A stretch of DNA of 64,000 nucleotides, from contig NC_086097.1 in the NCBI RefSeq assembly GCF_963921235.1, positions 179,740,001 to 179,804,000 on the forward strand. The letters run 5' to 3'. The stretch comes from Mobula hypostoma. Taxonomy: Eukaryota. Shown here piece by piece: positions 25,791 through 38,690 of this stretch. A model generated the notes under the pieces. It had not been told where the DNA came from. It made no database searches and saw only the letters and a program-made list of their open reading frames with translations. A program made the position numbers and the translations under genes. Each line of letters opens with the position of its first letter. Within the stretch, counting starts at the first letter, position 1.

Positions 25791-28529
25791 AATAAAAGAC
25801 AAACTAAGCTCAAATATTAGCGGTTCTATTGACTGAGAAGATGTGGGTTTAGGCTGAATTTCCAGGCTGAGTATTCTGTAATTTTTAGGCAGTTGGTAGT
25901 TGTTAGCAGGTAGTGAGCTCAAGGAATTTACAAACTGGCGGAGATGTGTAAGGTTCTGAAACAGACTTTCCACGAGTCACAGGCCTCCTGTCAGAGAGGC
26001 AACCATCTACTACCTCTCTCTCTGGCTTCTTCTGTGAAGCCATTGTTTAATACAATTACTACCTCATCTTGAATGCTAAGCGATTGAACTTTCTTGATCA
26101 ACCTCCCATTAGGGACACCATCAAAGACCTTGCTAAAGTGGAGGTAGAAATCATCCATTGCCTTGCCTTCCTCAAGATTCCTGGTAACTTCCTCAAAAAA
26201 CACTAGGAATGTTAGATATGATCTACCACAAACAAAGCCACACTGATTATCCCTAATCAGTCCATGTCTATCGTTTTCCCTTGCTGTTCTGATGTGAGAA
26301 ATTATCTATACGGATGGCAATCTCACAAAGTAACTTTCTTTACTGTGTCTTGGTAAAAAAAAACAAACTGGAACTTTTGACGGGTTTAGAGAGAAGCAAT
26401 TGGAAGGAATATTTCCCTCACCAGAAGGATTAAAAACCATGAACATGGAGCTGTTAGAGGATCACAGCGGAGATAAGGGGATGCTGTACCTGGACCTCCA
26501 TGTCTGATAGAGTGGGAAAGGCAGAAACCCCTCACATTTCCACACATCTGGGGTGCGGATGAAGAACTGTGAGCCGCGGGGTCAGAGACCCACTGTTGGA
26601 GGATGGGGTTATACTGGGGAGCTTTTGTTCCACCAACACAGACACAATGCGTCGAGCGGCATTTTTCCATTTCATAAATATTCCATGATTTTTTAACTCC
26701 TTAAGTCGCAAACTGGGAAATCAGAATAAAGTCCTTTAGGGCGGGTATGTAGAACTTGTTCCCATAGGGAGCAGTGAAGGTCAGAGTGTTATAGAGAGAT
26801 ACAGCATGGAAAACAGACCCTTCGGCCCATTGAGTCCATGATGGCCATCAACAATCCATGTATGCTAATGCTACAACCTGGGGGATATCAATATCTCCAA
26901 GGATCCATCCTAGGCCCAACAGATTGTTGCAATCTCACAAAGCAGGCACATTAGCAGCTCCTTTTCATTAGGATTTTGAGGAGATTTGGTATGTCACCAA
27001 CGAATCTTACAAGTTTCTCCAGATTTGTGGTGGAGAGCTTTGTGATAAGATTGCATCACAACCTGGTATGGAGCCTCCAATCCACTGAACAGCAAGAGGC
27101 TGCAGAGGGTTGTAGACCCAGCTAGCTTAATCACGGGCACAACCCTCCCCACCACTGAGGGCATCTTCAGGACAGAGTGCCTCTTGAAGGCAGCATACAT
27201 CACTAAGGACCCTTATCATCTGGGGCATGCCCTCTTCTCATCATATACTTTATTGTCACCAAACAATTCATACTAGAGCGTACAATCATCACAGCGATAT
27301 TTGAATCTGCGCTTCGCGCTCAGGGAGGACATGCAGGAGCATGAAGACCCATCCTCAATGATTCAGGAAGAGTTTTTTCCATTATGAACCCATGTACACC
27401 ATTTCATTATTCATTTTATTTTTGCCCTATTTATTTTGTAATTTTATGTCTTGCACTGTACTGCTGCCACTAAACAACAAATTTGACATCATATCAGACA
27501 GTGATAAGAAACCCGATTCTGATCCTATTCCATTCTCCCATCAACTTCCCTCAGACTCTACCACTCACCCACACACTAGGAGAAGTTAACATTATACAAT
27601 TAACCTCCCACCTGGCACACCTCTGAGACGTGGGAGGAAACCCACACAGTGACAGGAAGAACTTGCAAACTCCACATGGACAGCATTGGAGGTCAGGATC
27701 GAACCCAGGTCTCCTTTGCTTTGAGGCAGTGACTCTAACCAGCTGTACCATTCTGGTGAGAGACAGGTTTGAGGGGAAGGTGAATAAAGAGTGACGATGG
27801 ATGTGGTGATGGAGAAGAATGGGTAAAGGCCAGTGTGGAGCTAAAATAGCAGACAGGCTCTGTCAGGTTGTACAACCTGCTGTTAGTAAATAGAACACAG
27901 AACTGGAACGGGTTCTTTGACCCATGACATTGTGTCAAAGTAATTAATATAATTACACTAATCCCTTCTGCTCGCACCTTGTCCATATCCCACAATGCCA
28001 TGAACATCCATGTGCCTTTCTAAAACACTGTCATATCTGCCTCACCAGCATCCCAGGTAGTGCATTCCAGACACCCACAGCTGTGTGTAAAAACATGACC
28101 CACATCTTCTTTGAGGTTTCCCCCGCCCCATCTTAAATGCATGCCCTCCAATATTAGACATTTCAACCCTGGTAAAACGATACTGGCTGACTATCTATGC
28201 TTTTAATCTCTCAAACTTTTATCAGGTCTCTCCTCAGCCTCTGATGCTCCAGAGAAAACAACCCAAGTTTGTCCAGCCTCTCCTTATAGCACAGGCCCCC
28301 GCTAATTCGGGCAGCATTCTGGTGAGCCTCTTCTGCGTCCTCTCTGAAGCCCCCACACCCTTCCTGTAACGGGGTGACCAGAAGTGAATGCAATACTCCA
28401 GAAGAAGCTTAACCAGGCTTTTATAAAGCTGCAGTATAATTCCTGACTCATGAACTCAATCCCTCAACTGATAGACAGAATGATAATCTTGTGAACAATG
28501 AAATCAAATTTTTATCTCCAGTTACTTAC

Positions 28530-28643
28530 AATGCATCTTCCAGTTCTATCTTCACATCGGTTTGAATGCCCATGACAGCTACAACGTACACAACGACCCA
28601 GGAAATAACCTTTATATTCTCTGTAGTATCCAAGGCCACACCT
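28530..28643 (-). CDS. LAMA3: LAMA3 exon, LE (RCGLGYYREYKGYFLGRCVRCSCHGHSNRCEDRTGRCI), 114 nt; first exon common to 3A and 3B
   Basis: Acceptor ttcactgtttacAG, donor ATT|GTAAGT; LE cysteine spacing; not in the supplied ORF track. Confidence 0.95.
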
Positions 28644-29299
28644 CTGTAAACAGTGAAGAAGGTCAGAAGATTAACACACTGAACAGGAGGAGAGGGAGCA
28701 ATGGGGAGACACACAAACCACCAATAGCAGCGGCTGACTGTGAATAAATCAGTAACAGAGCAAATCCAAACACTTCAGTATATTTCATGTGTGACAGAAT
28801 TACAAAGTTGTTAAAGTTAAACAGCATGGAGACTGGCCTTCAGCCCAAATTTGGACAGTCCACGCAGACCCAAATTGTCTATTTGAGCTAGTCCCACTTC
28901 CATGTTTGGCCATATTCCCTCTGAATCTATCCTATCCATTTACCTGTCTGCATGTTTTTTCAATATTATAATGGCCCCTGCCTCTACCATTTCCTCTGGC
29001 AGCTCGTTCCTTGCACCCACCACCCTCAGTGTGAAAAAGTTACCCCTCTGGTTACTTTAAATCTTTCTCCTCTCACTTTTAAACCTGTGCCCCTACCCTG
29101 GGAAAAAGACTCTGACCATCTGCTGTATCTATGCCTCATAATGTTATAAACCTTTATCAGGTGTCCCCTCAGCCTCCTTCACCACAGTCCCAGCCTTTCC
29201 TGTCTCTCCTCACAACTTATGCCCTCCAGTCCTGGAAACACTTCTGAAAATCTTTTCTTCAGCCTTTCCAGCTTAGTGAGACCTTTCCAACATTCAGGT

Positions 29300-29930
29300 G
29301 GGGTGGGCGGGCTCCATTGGGGAGGGTCAACCATGGATATTGCATCCTAGCTGACGATGTCGAAGTTGATACACAAGCCAAGGCAGTAAGATATGGAGAG
29401 GAAGCTGTTGTCCATGCAGCAGGTTCCTTCTCTCCATGCAGCCAATGAATCCAAAGGAACAGCAGAGACCAATACAGTTTGGCACCAGTGGTGTCACAGG
29501 AATTCCGCTGAACTCAACATAACACTGTCTTAAGGACTCCAGCTCCAGATATTTCCTTGGGGGTTGTGTGTTGTGGGGGGTTGTTACTCCCAAAGTCTTC
29601 CTCATGTGTGGGTACAGCTGAAAGGCAGCAGAGGTTTGAAATCAGAGCTTTCCTTCTAGATGAGATGCCAGTCACGGCTGACAAGCCCCATCTGCCCGAA
29701 GCGACTTGTTTTAAAGGTGTCAGGAACCTGCCTTTGCCCCTTCTCCTGTCAGCAGAAATGATTCTGCCAGGCTTAAGCCATACATGAAGTCCAGGAGTTG
29801 GGCTTGGTTGTCAGAGGCTATTTGAGATGTATGCCTATGGGAACTGGGAGCATTTGATAGACAGTGGAAGCTTAACCTCACTACTCCACCTCCTACTCCC
29901 TCCTCCGGCTATGACAGCCTTAGGGAACCA
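29300..29930 (-). mobile_element. Probable RTE-clade LINE 5'UTR fragment
   Basis: Minus strand GGCAGATGGGGCTTGTCAGCC...AGAAGGAAAGCTCTGATTTCAAACCTC resembles RTE 5' leaders (recall only). Confidence 0.4.
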
Positions 29931-31999
29931 CTCAGGTGAAGAGTTGTGGAAACTTAGAGATATGGCATGGTAACCGTCCCTTTGGGCCTAATGACCCCAT
30001 GCTGACCAATTACACCCATGTGACCAATTCACCTACTAAAGCGCATGTCTCTGTAAAGTGAGAGAAAGCCAGAGCATATGGGGGGAAACCCACACGGTCA
30101 CAGGGAGAACATATAAGTTCCTTACAGAGAGTGGCGGAATTGAATCCTTGTTGCTGGCACTGTAATAGAATCGTGCTAACTGGGACACAACCATGCCACC
30201 TCAGAAAATGTTTTAAGCAAAGACCTTTCTTTGGATTTATACTGATGGAGGGTCTCAGACTTGAAGTGTTAACTGTGCCGCTCTCCCCATAGATGCTGCC
30301 TGATCAGCTGAGTGTCTCAGCATTCTCTGCTTTTATCTCAGATACTCAGCAACTGCAGGAGTTTGTTTCCGGGTACAAGTCACAGTATGTAAACACTAAG
30401 TGAGATGTGAACACAGTCTGGTCTCTGCTCCAGCGCAGAGATACATAAGATAGCAGTACAAAGCTTTAGAAGTGACTGCAAAGGTTATATCCATTGGGAA
30501 AGTCTGACTATCTTGGGACTATTTCACTAGAAATAGAAGAGCGAAGATGAGAGGTAACCTCATCGGCTTAACTGAAGGGATTCAGTGTGGACCAGATCAG
30601 GTCCACGAGGTCATAGTTACCAAATAATTTCTAACAAATCTCAACTGGGAATTTAGGAGTGACCTCTTCACACAGGAAGCAGCAAGAACGTGGAGCTCAC
30701 TCGCACAGGGAGAGGTGGGAACATGAAGCCGATTCCCACAGGAAGAGGCAGGAATGCGGAGCTTAGCTGGAAGTTGCAGTGAGATGATTCAAGGTTAGGA
30801 ACACTACCATATTAACACTGTTCCTCGTTCTTTTAAGTTGTAGAAGATCAAATGCAAAAAAAAAGCTTAGATCACAAGGGGCCTAATCATCTGTTGTACT
30901 GTTCTATATTCTATACACAGGCATCCAGTGAAACTTCTCTGCAAGAGACCAAGAGACTGGGGAATTTGTCAGTGATCAAGGCAGGAACTTTGTTGATGTG
31001 CAAAATCTGATAGGAGGGAAGGAGGGTTGGAGAAGTGATGGGTACAGCTACAGGGTAAACAAGCCTGATTACAATTATGGAAGTTAAACTTCAGCATGTA
31101 GCCTCTGAACAAATCAGTCTCTCATACATGGACAGCCTACATTTCTCACTGCCTCTATAAAGCAGCCAATATAATCAAAACCCCACTCCACCCCAGATAT
31201 TCTCTCTTGGGCCTTTCCCATTGGGCCAAAGATACAAAAGCCTGAAGCACATACCACCAGGCTCAAGGACAGCTTCTACCCTGCTGTTTTAATACTATTG
31301 AATGATCCCTCCAGTATAATAAGATGGAATCTTGAAATTACAATTACCTCATTATGGCCCTTGTACTTTATTGTCTGCCTGCACTGCACTTTCTGTGTAA
31401 GTGTGACATTTTATTCTGCCTTCTGTTGTTTTCCCCTGTACTACCTCAAAGCACTGATGTGATGAAGTGATCCGTGTGGACAGCATACAAAACAAAGTCT
31501 TTCACTGTACCTCAGCACATGTGACAATAATAAACCAATTTACTAATTTATTGTAGCTTCTTGAGAAATCTAAATCACATGGTCTAACAGCACAAAAGGT
31601 CACCTGCCCTTAAGCATAACACAACTCATTTGCCTTTCTCTCACAGCCCGGCCACTATCCCTTCTCAAATTTAAACAGTGTGTTGCAGACCACTGCAACT
31701 CTCTGCCAAATAAACCTCCATCATCCAAAAACAAACTGTAATATTTCACCCCTCCCTCCCTACCATTCAATACTCCAGAGAAAACACCAACACAGTTTCA
31801 AGAGCACAATACTTAAAGAAATACCGATGAAGCAATTTAAACCCTCATTCAGATCGCATTGAACATCTTGGGGATATGCTTTCACTTTTTTCTAGTTTAT
31901 TTGCGAACAGCTTCTACATCGGAGGCTGAAGGCTCCTTTAAGCTATAAAACTGCTCAACTTCACACTTAATGTTTAACGAGGTCAGGTCAGAATGTTAC

Positions 32000-32170
32000 C
32001 TGTCTGCAATGGATTCTGCTTCTGGTGTTATTCAGGATTAAATTCCCTCGCGTCTGTGGTCTATTCTTTGGTGTTTCCATTGCCCTCATGCCTCCGAAAC
32101 ATGGGCCAACAATCGACAGCAAGACAGCCAAGACCCCGAGCCATTTCGTCCACACCTCACACGCAAGCAT
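32000..32170 (-). CDS. LAMA3: Alternative first coding exon of the short isoform LAMA3A: MLACEVWTKWLGVLAVLLSIVGPCFGGMRAMETPKNRPQTRGNLILNNTRSRIHCRQ (57 aa, signal peptide)
   Basis: ATG in gcAGGATGc context, hydrophobic core WLGVLAVLLSIV and a CFG cleavage-like site. It ends CAG|GTAAC at phase 0, matching the acceptor at 28643. It lies in the intron where mammalian LAMA3A begins, in repeat-free CpG-retaining DNA. Confidence 0.85.
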
Positions 32171-32232
32171 CCTGCAGCACCCGAGTCTGGCAGACGAATA
32201 CTTTAAATTGGGGAGCTCACTGCCGAACGATT

Positions 32233-32460
32233 CTTTTATAGCTGATCCGTGAAGTCAGGCTGATTCAACCTCAGGTGTCTTAACTCCACCTTCAAACGCA
32301 GCCTCTCTGACTCAGGTTTGTAGCAGCTATAACCGCTGATCCAGCCCTGACAAATCAGTCGACGCATTCAGGGTCTAGTTGATACTAGTTAGAAGGTGTG
32401 GCAGTCACACACCTTTCCCACGTCTGGACTTGGACATGTCTAGACAATCGCTCAGTCACT
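32233..32460 (-). promoter_or_regulatory. Candidate internal LAMA3A promoter: TATAAAAG (32240-32233), AP-1 TGACTCA (32308-32314), AP-1-like TGATTCA (32261-32267), p53/p63 half-site GGACATGTCT (32432-32441)
   Basis: Motifs read directly. The TATA box lies about 65-70 nt upstream of the ATG, predicting a TSS near 32210. The mammalian lama3A promoter is known to be AP-1 driven. Confidence 0.7.
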
Positions 32461-33530
32461 TCCTATTATATCGGAGAGCTGAAACACTTACTTTGCCCTT
32501 GGAACATTTATTCTCCCCAGCACAGTTATCAACATAGCAACACAAACAATGAAAGATACAAACCCAGCCACAAGCACTCACTCCCAAATGTTATCAACAT
32601 GAATGAAAGTTTCAGAAAAATAGCCAAACAAACCCCACACTTGTTAATACGAGCCTCTTAGGTTCTCTTTTTGTAGTGAGTTTAGAGTTTTGGTCACCCT
32701 ATTAGAGGTAAGATGTTATTAAATTAGAAAGAGTGCAGACAAGTTTGATGAGGAGGTTGCCTGGACCTGGGGGTCTGATGTTCAAGGAGAGGTTGTATAG
32801 ACTAGGACTTTATTTCCTGGAACGTAAATAAAGTTATGGGGTGACTTGCCAGAGATCATGAAGGGCAGAGACAGGGTGAAAGCATTTTGTCTTTTTCCCT
32901 GGGAGGGAGAGCTGAAAACAACAGTATAAGAGCAAAATCAGAGTTCAGAGATTTAAAAGGGATATCAGGGACAGCTTCTTCAAGCTAAAGGTGCTGCATA
33001 TTTGGAATGAGCTGCCAGAAATAGTGATTGAGGCAGACACATGAGCAATGTTTAAAAACTGTCGAGATCGATACATAGATAAGAGAGGTTTAGAGGGCAA
33101 CAGGCCAATTACAAACAGATGGGAATGCTCGCTGGGCAACATAGTTGGCAAGGGCAAACTGGGCTGAATGACTTTATGATTTGTCTTGCTATGCTTTTCC
33201 CAACTTTCCTTTCCTTTCCTTGGGAGGACAAGACCATTCAGCCCTTCATGTTGGTTCTGTAATTCTACTGGATCCCAGCTAACTTGTGCCCACCTTGTCC
33301 CCATCTCTCACCCAATCTCACTGGTCAAGTACTGGATGGGTCTCTTCTCTTGATGAAAGAGGACCCTGACCTGACAAAGGTTATAGAGTCAGAGAGTCAT
33401 TTAGCATGGAAACATGCCATTCGGCCCATCAGATCCATGCCAACCAAGGCACCACATTCAAGCTAGTCCCATTCTCCAGCATATGACCCATATTCCTCTA
33501 AACCTTTCCTCTCCATTTGCCTGTCCAACC

Positions 33531-36468
33531 TGTCAAGCAGTTAGAGGTTGTGGTGTTCATTGGAACCAAAGATATGGGTAGAAAGGAAGAAGCGTTCTTG
33601 CGCAGTGAGTGTAGGGATTTAGGGAAGAGGTTGAAGAGCAGAACCTCCAAGGTAGTAATCTCTGGATTACTCTGCACCCCACATGCTAGTCAGGGCAGGA
33701 ACAGAACAATAATACAGATGAACAAGTGGCACAGGGAGCAGGGTTTCAGATTTCTAGATTATTGGACTTCTTTCTGTGAAAGGCATGACTTGTACGAGAA
33801 GGTTGGGTTAAACCCGAACCGCAGAGGGACCAATAACATTGCAGGCAGGTTTGAAAGAGCTGTTGGGAAGGATTTAAACTAAGTTGGTAGGGGGATGGGA
33901 ACCAGAGTGATGAGGCTGAGGATGGGGCAGTTGGTATAAAAGTCGATGTAGTGTGCAGTGAGACAGGCAGATTACAGGGCAAAATTGCAGTCAGTGGGAT
34001 GAGGTGAAGTGTAACACGGGGGCAAAATCTAGAAGGTTAATGAATACAGGACTGAAAGTATTATATCTGAATGCACGCAGTATATGGAATAAGGAAGGTG
34101 ATCATGTAATGAAGTTAGAGATTGCCAAGTACGATGTGAGCATCACTGAGACGTGGCTGAAAAAAGATAATGGTCAAGAGCTAAACATCCAAGAAACGAG
34201 CTTGTATAGAAAGGACAGGCAGTTAATCAGAGGGGGTTGTTAAAAAATGCAATCAAATCCTAAGGAAGAGGTGACATAGGATTAGAAGATGTAGAATCAT
34301 TGTGGGTAGAGTTAAGAAACTGCAAGGATAAAAAGACTCTGATGGAAGTTATATACAGGCCGCAGAACAGCAATGGCTGGAGATTGGAGGGGGTGGAAAA
34401 TTCAGAAGGCACAGGAAAGATATATCCCAAAGATGAAAAGTATTCTAAAAGGAGGATGAGGCAACCATAGTTGTCAGGCGAAGTCAAAGACAACATAAAA
34501 GCAAAAGAGGTCATATGATAGAGCAAAAATTAGTGGGAAGAGGATACCAGAAGTTTTTTTTCCAGATATATAAAGTGTAAAAGAGAAGCAAGAATGGATA
34601 TTGGACCACTGGAAAATTGTGCCAGAAGGGTAGCAATGGGGGGGAAAAAGGAAACGGCAGATGAACTTAATGCGTATTTTGCATCAGTCTTCAGCGTGGA
34701 AGACATGAGCAGTATGCTAGAAATTCGAGAGTGTCAGAGGGTAGAAATGAGTGCATTTGCTATTACTAAAGAGAAAGTTCTTAGGAAGCTGAAAGGTCTG
34801 AAGGTAGGTAGTTCACCTGGACCAAATGGACTACACCCCAGGGTTCTGAAAGAGGTAGCTGAAGAGATTGTGGAGGTACTAGTAATGATTTTTCAAGAAT
34901 CACCAGATTCTGGAATGGTACTGGAAGACTGGAAAGTTGCAAATGTCACTTCTTTAAGAAGGGAGGGAGGCAGAAGAAAGAAAACTATTGGCCAGTTCAC
35001 CTGGCTTTGGTGGTTGGAGTCCAGTTTTAAAGTTGAAGTTTTGGTGTATTTGGAGGCACATGATAATGTAGTCCAAAGTTGGCATAGTTTCCTTAAGGGA
35101 AAGTCTTGCCTGACAAATCTGTTTGCATTCTTTGAAGATATAATAGGCAGTATAGACAAAGGAAAGTCAGCGGATGTTGCTTACTTGGATTTTTCGCAGG
35201 CTTTTGATAAGGTGCTGCACATGAGGCTGCTTAACAAGCTGGGAAACCATGGTACTATGGGCATGGATAGAAGATTAGCTGATTGACAGGAAGCAAAGAG
35301 TGGGAATAAAGGAGTCCTATTCTGGAGTCAAGTGGTGTTCCGCAAGGGTTGATTTCGGGATCGCTTCTTTTCACGTTATATGTCAATGATTTGGATGATG
35401 TAATTGATGGATTTGTGGCCAAGTTTGTGGATGATACAAAGATAGGTGGAGGACCAGCTTGTGTTGAGGGAGCAGGGAGTCTGCAGAAGGACATAGACGG
35501 ATTGGGAGAATGGGCAAAGAAGTGGCATGAAATATAGTGTAGGGAAATGTATGGACATGCACTTTGTAAGGTAGAAAGGTGTAGTTTATTTTCTAAACAG
35601 AGGATAACATTTTCAAAAATCAGAAGACAAAGAGACATGGGAGTCTTTGCGCAGAAGTCCCTAAAAGACATGGTCTTTTAAGAGACTTTTGGATAGATAC
35701 ATGGAGCTTAGAAAAATAGAGGGCTATAGGTAAGCCTAGTAATTTCTAAGGTAGGGACATGTTCAGCACAACTTTGTGGGCTGAAGGGCCTGTATTGTGC
35801 TGTAGGTTTTCTATGTTAACTTACAGGTTGAGGTAGTGGCAAGGAAGGCAAATGCAATGTTAGCTTTCAGTTCGAGAGGACTAGAACGTAAGAGCAAGGA
35901 TGTTGTGCAGGGGCTTTTTAAGGTGTTGGTCAGTATAGTGAGCAGTTTTGGGCCCCATATCTAAGATGTGCTGGCTTTGGAGAGGGTCCAGAGGAGGTTC
36001 ATGAGAATGATCCTGGGAATGAAAGGGTTAACATATGAGCAACATTTGATAGCTCTGAGTCTGTACTCATTGAAGTTTAGAAAAATGAGGGAACGAGGGG
36101 CGATATCATTACAACCTATCGGATATTGAAAGGCCTAGACAGAGTGGACATGGAAAAGATGTTTCCTATCGTGGATGAGGGCAGTCTTAGACTAGAGGGG
36201 TGTCCATTTCAAACAAAGATGAGAAGGAATTTCTTTAGTCAGAGTGTGATTGTTCTGTGGAAATAATTGCCATGGACAGCTGTGGAGGCCGAGTCATTGG
36301 GTATATTTAAAGCAGAGGTTGATGGGTTCTTGATTAGTCAGGGCTTCAAAGCTTACGGGAGAAGGCATGAGAATGGAGTTGAGAGGGATAATAAATCACC
36401 ATGACAAAATGGCTGAGCAGACTCGATGGGCCAAGTGGTCTAATTCTGCTCCTATGTCTTGTGGTCTA
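33531..36468 (+). mobile_element. Degenerate CR1-clade LINE (ORF1 SGNH-esterase remnant, APE endonuclease start, RT, 3' end) with an internal deletion and a nested CR1 3' fragment at about 35670-35815
   Basis: VVVFIGTKD..LKSRTSKVVISGLL (ORF1); LYLNARSI..ITETWL (APE); YLDFSQAFDKV, SGVPQG, FVDDTK (RT); many stops and frameshifts; 3' tail TTCTGCTCCTATGTCTTGTGGTCT. Confidence 0.92.
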
Positions 36469-38054
36469 AATCTGGTTGTTGTACCTGCCTCAACCACCTC
36501 CTCCCACAGGTCACTCATTTTATTTTAAATATTTTATTATTTAATACAGATACAGCATGATAACAAGCCCATCTGGCCCAATGAGTGCAGGCTGCCCAAT
36601 TACACTCATGTGACCAATCAGCCTACTAACCTGCACATCTTTGACATGCGGGAGGAAAGCAGAGCACCCAGAGGAAACTCACAGTCATGAGGAGAACATA
36701 CACACTCCTTACAGATGGCAGTGAAGCTGAACCCAGGTCACTGGCACTGAAATAGCATTTCACTTATTACCACGTTACCATCCCCTAGGTCCCCCTTGGT
36801 TTGAAACCTATACATATGAAATGAATCCTTCCCATTTACCGTATCTTCCCTCTAGGCCTGCAGAATTTATTAGAAAAGAGTGAGTTGTAAAACTGGTGTT
36901 TAGAATTAGATCCAGCTGAGTGAGGAATGAACAAGGGAAAATAAGAATAGTGTCATAGAAGCATACAGCACGGAAGCAGGTTCTTCAGGCCAACCAGGAT
37001 GTCTCATTCAGGATAGTTCCATTTGCTAGTGTTTGGCCCATAACCTAAACCTTCCAATCTCTGTACCTAACAACTGACTTTTAAAAGTTGTTATTGTATT
37101 TGCTTTAACTACTTTCTTTGGCAGCTGATTCCACACAGATACCACCCTTCGTATAAAAAAGTTGCCCCTCAAGTTCCTATTAAATCATTCCTCTCTCACT
37201 TAAAGCTATGCCCTCAAACTCTCTGGGCGAAGACTGAATATATTCACCCTATCTATGCCCGTCCTGGCTTTAGTAGAGCTATAGTGTTGTACAGTAGGGA
37301 AACAGGTCCTTCAGCTCAACTGATCCATGCTGACTAAGATGCCCCATCCAAACTTGCCCATGTTTGATCCAATTTTCTATCCATGTAACTGTCCAAGTGT
37401 CTTTTCAATGTTGTAATTGGACCTACCCTAGCTATTTCCCCTGGCAGTTCAGTTCATTCCATATACTCAGCACCCTCTGTGTAATTACACTGTTTTTTAA
37501 CTGTGACAAGTCCTTACACCTTCTCCACTTATACAGAAAGCCCCAGGGTGGGGCTGACCCACATTGCCTCCCCCACCCTGCCTGCTAACATCCACCAACA
37601 GACGTCTTCCTGTTTACACACATGTACACACACACAAACCCCTCCCAGGTAGTCACACGTGGTGATACATACTGACATCACAATGCCTTGCCCTGAAGTG
37701 CCATATTTCTAAAGCATATTTAGTCTGAATCGTTTATAAAGAGTTGAATTGCCTGTGAGATATGGAAAGATGGAAGAATAGCTGTCCAACCAAAAATATT
37801 AATTCTGATTCTTTCTCCACCTGATCTGATAAGTAGTTCCAGTGGTTCCTATTTTTATTTTGGATTTCCAACGTCTGCAGTTTATTGGTTTTCAGTTATT
37901 GGAAGAAACGTCTGTCAGAGATTGAATACTTAGTCATGTCTTGGAATCATGTTGATTGCATGCAAGCTGTGACCGAAGTGCGAGTATGGGGAAACTAAGC
38001 TGGGTTGTAATGGAAAACCAAAATTAACCCCTTCTTCTCTGACTTGGGACAGAC

Positions 38055-38690
38055 TGGAGGAACATCTTGTATTCCACCTGTGTGGTCTGCAACCCAGCAG
38101 CATGGACATTGAGTTTCCCCATGTTAGTTAACACCCCCCCCCCCAAGTGTTTCTCTCCCCTGCTTCCCCAATCCTCCTCCAGTCCGCCCATTTGTGTTTA
38201 CGTTCCCATCTCCCGCACCCATCTTGGTCCCCTTCCTGTTCCTGGTTCCATCTAACCAGTGCACACACAGTTCAGTGAAGGTCTCCTCACCCTCTCCTAT
38301 CTGGTTCTGGCATCTGCCATATACTTCTCCCTTATGGTTCCCATTATCACCTTAGTAATTGGAGTTCCTACTCATAGCCTTCCAACTGTCTTTACCTTCA
38401 CCCTTGCCTCCATCTCTCACCTACCTGTCTCTGCTTCCTAACTCCACACCTACATCAACTCTGTCTGTCAGCCTTCACCAACCTTCAGTCCACCAATCAC
38501 CTACCAGCCTCTTACCCCTCCCCCTTTGCTCTTTGTACCAACCATCTCCCCTCCCTTCCCCACCCTCGGCCCTGATGCAGGGTTTCGACCCAGAATGTCA
38601 ATAATATCTTCTCCTCTGCAGATGCTCCTTGACTCGCTGAGCTCCTCCAGCAGACTGTGTTCCAGATTCTTGCATCTGCAGCCTCTGTGC
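38055..38690 (+). mobile_element. Older Penelope-like 3' end (endonuclease C-terminus, C/T-rich tract, decayed hammerhead at about 38570, tail)
   Basis: HLVFHLCGLQPSSMDIEF endonuclease C-terminal motif; CCTGATGCAGGGTTTCGACCC; CATCTGCAG tail. Confidence 0.7.

Noticed and set aside
31993..32252. Plus-strand ORFs overlapping the alpha3A exon
   Set aside because: No recognisable product; best explained as shadows of the minus-strand exon
34594..35286. 230-aa ORF as an active reverse transcriptase
   Set aside because: Fragment of a CR1 ORF2 with frameshifts, stops and a large deletion
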